NCBI RefSeq assembly: GCF_006345805.1
Contig: NW_021834740.1
Coordinates: 1-26,370, forward strand
Length of the DNA: 26,370 nt
Origin: Octopus sinensis
Taxonomy: Eukaryota
Direction: 5' to 3'
Below, one piece after another: positions 21,810 through 26,370 of the stretch (position 1 is its first letter; each line of letters opens with the position of its first letter). Both the position numbers and the translations under genes were made by a program. The notes under the pieces were generated by a model, which saw only the letters and a program-made list of their open reading frames with translations, was not told the origin of the DNA and did no database searches.

Positions 21810-22252
21810 TCATCACCACCACCACCACCACCACCACCACCACCACTACCACTACCACCAACACAAGCGATGACGTCACCGCTGCTGCCGCCACCTCTCT
21901 CCAGAGTCACCAGCATCCGCCACACCACTTCCAACGTCGCTTTCATCCCTGAGCCAAGTCATCTTTCCATCCATCGTACCACCGCCACCACCACCACCAC
22001 CACCACCACCGCCACCGCCACCACCACCACCACCGCCAATACTCACCACCCGCCATTCCACCCCACCATCACCCCCCACAGCCAACTACCGCAAAGATTT
22101 TCTCCTTGATCTAGAATGTTCTCTCTTTCGGTATTCCACTTGAACTACAGAAAAAAGAAATCACTGAAGGCCACTTTGTTGTCAGATCACCACCACCACC
22201 ACCACCACCACCACCCCACCACCACCACCACCACCACCTCCACCACCCACAA
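21810..22252. repeat. Interrupted (CCA)n repeats
   Basis: Direct reading of the sequence. Confidence 0.85.
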
Positions 22253-22424
22253 CGACAGTATCATGGGCCACACACCCTACGTCCACCCTATATCCACCTG
22301 CCTCTAGCCATCTTTTCCTAATATTTTCCGCCTCATTGACTCAATCTCAAAATCGTGTCAAATCAACCAGAACATATATGAACTTGTCTATCAATGTTAC
22401 ATAAAAGCTTACCCTCTTCAACAT

Positions 22425-22444
22425 AAACACGCACACACACACAC

Positions 22445-22477
<33 letters not shown>

Positions 22478-22870
22478 ATACACAAACACACATACACACA
22501 CACGCACAAATACACACTCACATTCACACACGCATACTCATACAAACACAGTGGTACTCCTATACACAAACACACTCACTCACATATTACATCCGCACTC
22601 AAACACCCGGACATAACTTCCTACACACACACCTACGCACACACACACAAACACAAACACACACGCACAAATACACACATGCACACACTCACATACACAC
22701 ACACACACACATACACATACAAACACAGTGGTACTCTTTTACACAAACACACTGACGCACATATTACATCCACACGCAAACACACGGACATAATTTCCTA
22801 CACACACACAAACACACACACGCGCGCACACACAAACACACACACACACACACCACACACACACACACAA
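22425..22870. repeat. CA-rich region containing a tandem duplication of about 177 bp
   Basis: catacaaacacagtggtactc...cacatattacatcc...ggacataa(c/t)ttcctacac occurs at 22539-22626 and 22716-22803. Confidence 0.9.
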
Positions 22871-23177
22871 TATCCCTCGCACGTTGTTTATGTATTTGTT
22901 TTGTGTTTTTGTTTTCCGTGTTATCGTTTGTTTGTTTGTTTCTTAGATAATGTTGATGCAACTTCCTCCTCCGTTCCTCCTCGATCTATGGCGATGTGTT
23001 GTGTCGTTAAGTATAAACAAGGAATAATGGTTTCCAGTTTCGATTTTCGCTCTTGGCTGCTCTTACCGAGATTTGCTCGCGAAATTACTTTATACACCCA
23101 CCCACACACACACACGCTAATATGTATGTAGATGTATGAATATATTTGCGAAGTCACTCCACACAGACGTCTGCACA

Positions 23178-23421
23178 CACACTCATACACACACATACAC
23201 ACACACACACACATATATAGTATGTATGTTTGTACTTATGCATATATGAATAATGTATGTATATATGTATATATATATATACATATATATGAATATATAC
23301 ATATATTGTTATATATATATATATATGTCATAATATATGTACATATATATATATATATCTATATATATATAATATTATATATATAAATATATGTATATTA
23401 TATACATATAGATATATATCT

Positions 23422-23453
<32 letters not shown>

Positions 23454-23573
23454 CATATATATATATACATACATAATAATATATATACATACATATTATA
23501 TACTATCATACATATATATAATATATAAATATATACATACATATATACATACATATATATATATATACATATA

Positions 23574-23605
<32 letters not shown>

Positions 23606-23660
23606 GATGATATATATATATATATATATATATAGCTACTATATATATATATATATATAA
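23178..23660. repeat. Long degenerate (TA)n/(CATA)n tract
   Basis: Direct reading of the sequence. Confidence 0.95.
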
Positions 23661-23991
23661 ACGAATGCTATGCCACAATTCCCACCCCCACCACCACCAC
23701 CACCATCACCAACAAAACATTTTCCTCTCTACGACATCGTCCGTTTCTTTGAGAATCTTCGAGAACGTAAAAGGTGTTGCGCGCTTAATATCGTCCAATG
23801 CATTTCCGCCATTTTGGAATGGTAAACAAACTCCACTAAATCAAATATTATTTGTCGCTAAAATCCTCATTAATTCGTGGAACATGTCTTGAATAGCTCC
23901 CTCCTCTCAATTTCTTGTTATTCTTAGCAAGAATCAGTCCTATATTTTGTCTTCCAAAAGTTTTTTCTAATTAGAATTAATATTTTTTTAA

Positions 23992-24273
23992 GTGCCCTTT
24001 TCAAGCCTAGCCAGGCTCATGGGCCCGGTTTCCCGGTTTCTGTGGCATATGTGCCCCCCCCCCCCAGCTGGACGAGACGCCAGTCCATCGCAGCGTTACT
24101 CAAGAAACAGGAAGAAAGTGTGAGAGAATGTTGGAGCGAAAGAGTACAACAGGGGTCGCCATCACCCCTGCTGGAGACTCGTGGAGCTTTAGGTGTTTTC
24201 ACTCAATAAACACACACAACGCCCGGTCTGGGAATCGAAACGGCGAGTCCGCTGCCCTAACCACTGGGCTATT
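23992..24273 (-). mobile_element. tRNA-derived CORE-like SINE with alternative 3' tail
   Basis: 24104-24273 is highly similar to 24993-25177 apart from a short deletion in the tRNA head. 23992-24103 is a different tail (minus strand ctgcgatggactggcgtctcgtccagctggggg...acagaaaccgggaaaccggg). Confidence 0.9.
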
Positions 24274-24569
24274 AAAGGTATTTAAAGGTAAAGTTTGAAG
24301 ATCTGTATCTTCTTGTTCCTTTGCACCTAACTCTCAGTACTTACATCAACCTAGAAAGAGCAACGAACCCACTCTATTATGCTCTTCCTTATTACAAAAT
24401 AGTCTTACACAAATAAAAATTGCCTTATCTTACCTTCAGCCATCAACTTCTGATTCACAGAGTTGTAGTCTGCCGTCCTGGGTCTTGGTGACACCTATCT
24501 CTCTCCGGGATCATCAAATTACGTTCAGTAAATTGGACGGGTATTTTAAAAGTAACAATCATACATCAG

Positions 24570-24800
24570 CCATTGGTTTGGGATACCACTCATATTTAGG
24601 TTTACCCCACCAATGTTAGATCTACCACCCAATGAGAGATGTGGTATCCAATGTTAGATATACCAATCAGTGATAGGTTCACGAATTAATATTTGATTTG
24701 CCACGCAAAGTTATCGATCACCACCTCATCTTATATTTCCCACCTGACATTCTCTCAGCTTTACCGCTCAGTGTAACATTTATCGGCTCGTGTTAGACTC
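24570..24800. repeat. Degenerate 19-bp minisatellite
   Basis: Units resembling caatgttagatmtaccacc start at 24611, 24630, 24649, 24668, 24687 and 24706 (period 19), with looser units at 24571 and 24591. Confidence 0.7.
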
Positions 24801-24804
24801 ATGT

Positions 24805-25186
24805 GGAAGCACTCCGTCGGTTCCGACGACGAGGGTTCCGGTTGATCCGATCAACGGAACAGCCTGCTCGTGAAATTAACGTGTAAGTGGCTGAGCACTC
24901 CACAGACACGTGCACCCTTAACGTAGTTCTCGGGGATATTCAGCGTGACACAGAGAGTGACAAGGCCGGCCCTTTGAAATACAGGTACAACGGAAACAGG
25001 AAGTAAGAGTGAGAGAAAAGTTGTGTGAAAAGTACAGCAGGGATCACCACCATCCCCTGCCGGAGCCTCGTGGAGCTTTTAGGTGTTTTCGCTCAATAAA
25101 CACTCACAACGCCCGGTCTGGGAATCGAAACCACGATCCTATGACCGCGAGTCCGCTGCCCTAACCACTGGGCCATTGCGCCTCCA
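24805..25186 (-). mobile_element. Apparently full-length tRNA(Arg)-derived CORE-like SINE
   Basis: Minus strand tggaggcgcaaTGGCCCAGTGGttagggcagcggacTCGcggtcataggatcgtgGTTTCGATTCCcagacc has an A box, a TCG anticodon-like loop and a B box, then ttgtgagtgtttattgagcgaaaacacctaa (CORE-like). catgt is repeated at both junctions. Consistent with the tRNA-Arg-derived octopus OR-type SINEs (from recall). Confidence 0.9.
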
Positions 25187-25729
25187 TGTATATTATAGAC
25201 TCATGTATATTACCTATAGTTAGATATAAAACCAAAGGTAGGTATACAATCTATAAGTACCTAATATAACCACTGTTAATAGCGAGAGAAATAATAGTGA
25301 AATCTTAAAAACCAATAAAACGTATAGCAAATACATGGCAGACGGAAATTATTTCGAAGATAAATTTTTATGCAGAATAGCGAAAAATAACCATCTTACT
25401 TTTTTTTTTATATTTAATGTATTTTTGTGATAAATCTTATGATGGGTCATAAAAATCTCATAATTTCAATTTTAATAATGAATGCAAATAATTGACTATT
25501 AGGTAGGAGAGAGATTTTCGATAATAATATTAATTTCAATATTAGTTTCGTGCACGTGCTCGCTACTGTCACAAAAAAAAAAACTGTCGCTGTTATTATA
25601 GACCAATATCATCGCTTTCGTCGCAATTTCGAGTCACACATTTTACTTCTTTACTTCTTTATTTGCAATATCTTTCATAATTATATGTTCCACTACTTAA
25701 AGTAAAGATTCTGTCAGAGACAGAACAAG

Positions 25730-26219
25730 TACCGTAAATCCTCGAGTATAATCCGCATTTTCCCCCAAAATTTAAAGGTCAAAATCCCTAATGCGTACTA
25801 TATACGAGGTTAAAAATGAAAAATATTTTGTAAGCAATGTCCAAGTCTCTATTTGCTGTCCGGCAATGTTTATTCAGACGCATTTTGTGGTGTCGGGCGC
25901 AGAAATACCTTAAGCTAAGCCTGAAATCAATGAAGTCAATGAAGTAAGCAACATTTATTAAAATAAAAGTATTCAGAACACAGAATAACATGTAACAAAA
26001 ACAATTTGCAAACATATTTTCATTCCAATATAACAATTAAGAACATCACCATTATTTTATTACGCATGAGCGGAAGTGTTTCTTCGACTGGGTGCTGCTG
26101 GCTTAATTACGCACGACTCAAGTTAGAGAAGGGGTGTGTATTATACACAAGGTTTAGGTTTTTCTGAAGTACAGCCCCCTAAAAATCCCCTGCGTATTAT
26201 ACTCAAGGGCGGATTATAC
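25730..26219. mobile_element. Non-autonomous Tc1/mariner-superfamily (Tc2/pogo-like) element with truncated right end
   Basis: TA followed by left terminal repeat ccgtaaatcctcgagtataatccgc (25732-25756). The right end retains gcggattatac (26209-26219), the inverse of gtataatccgc. Related subterminal motifs occur near 25793, 26136 and 26192. Confidence 0.75.
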
Positions 26220-26370
26220 CTAGTCGGAGAGGCCAAATCTAAGCCTGGAAGCTTGCCCCGGAAGCTTTTCTTTCTTTTTCTCTTCTTCATAGGATCAGAT
26301 GTGCGTCTCTCCACCGTATCTTTAATCTCCCTTCCACAAAGAAACTAAGAACGTGAACGGACGGTAAAGA

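Noticed and set aside
212-23892. Many ORFs of 60-243 aa in the supplied track (MYVC, HT, YI, poly-S/T/L/I/C/P)
   Set aside because: They are read-throughs of stop-free microsatellites, often open in several frames on both strands, with no recognisable domain.
24570-24800. Regularly spaced short repeats as a possible CRISPR array
   Set aside because: Units are contiguous 19-bp degenerate repeats without unique spacers, the context is eukaryotic and there are no cas genes.
25105-25186. tRNA-Arg-like sequence as a real tRNA gene
   Set aside because: The cloverleaf stems are imperfect and it continues directly into a SINE body that is repeated at 24104-24273.

Overview
AT-rich, gene-poor animal genomic DNA, most likely intronic or intergenic. 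The microsatellite density and the SINE families suggest an octopus; this is inferred from recall, not from a search. None of the listed ORFs is a credible gene: they are microsatellite read-throughs or pieces of dead transposons. The window holds many micro- and minisatellites, several tRNA-derived SINEs, and decayed pogo/Tigger, mariner, Tc2-like, CR1 and R4/Dong-like elements, plus a possible Penelope-like RT relic. The best non-obvious signals are: (1) two minimal type I hammerhead ribozyme motifs (829-920 minus; 19947-20016 plus) with palindromic stem III, each cleaving 36-37 nt before a (TA)n tract; (2) a pre-miRNA-like hairpin at 130-223 whose only core-stem mismatches are G-U compatible; (3) a candidate isolated 66-nt exon at 8562-8627; (4) two neighbouring SINEs with a shared head but different tails, one of them inserted in a cryptic 19-bp minisatellite.
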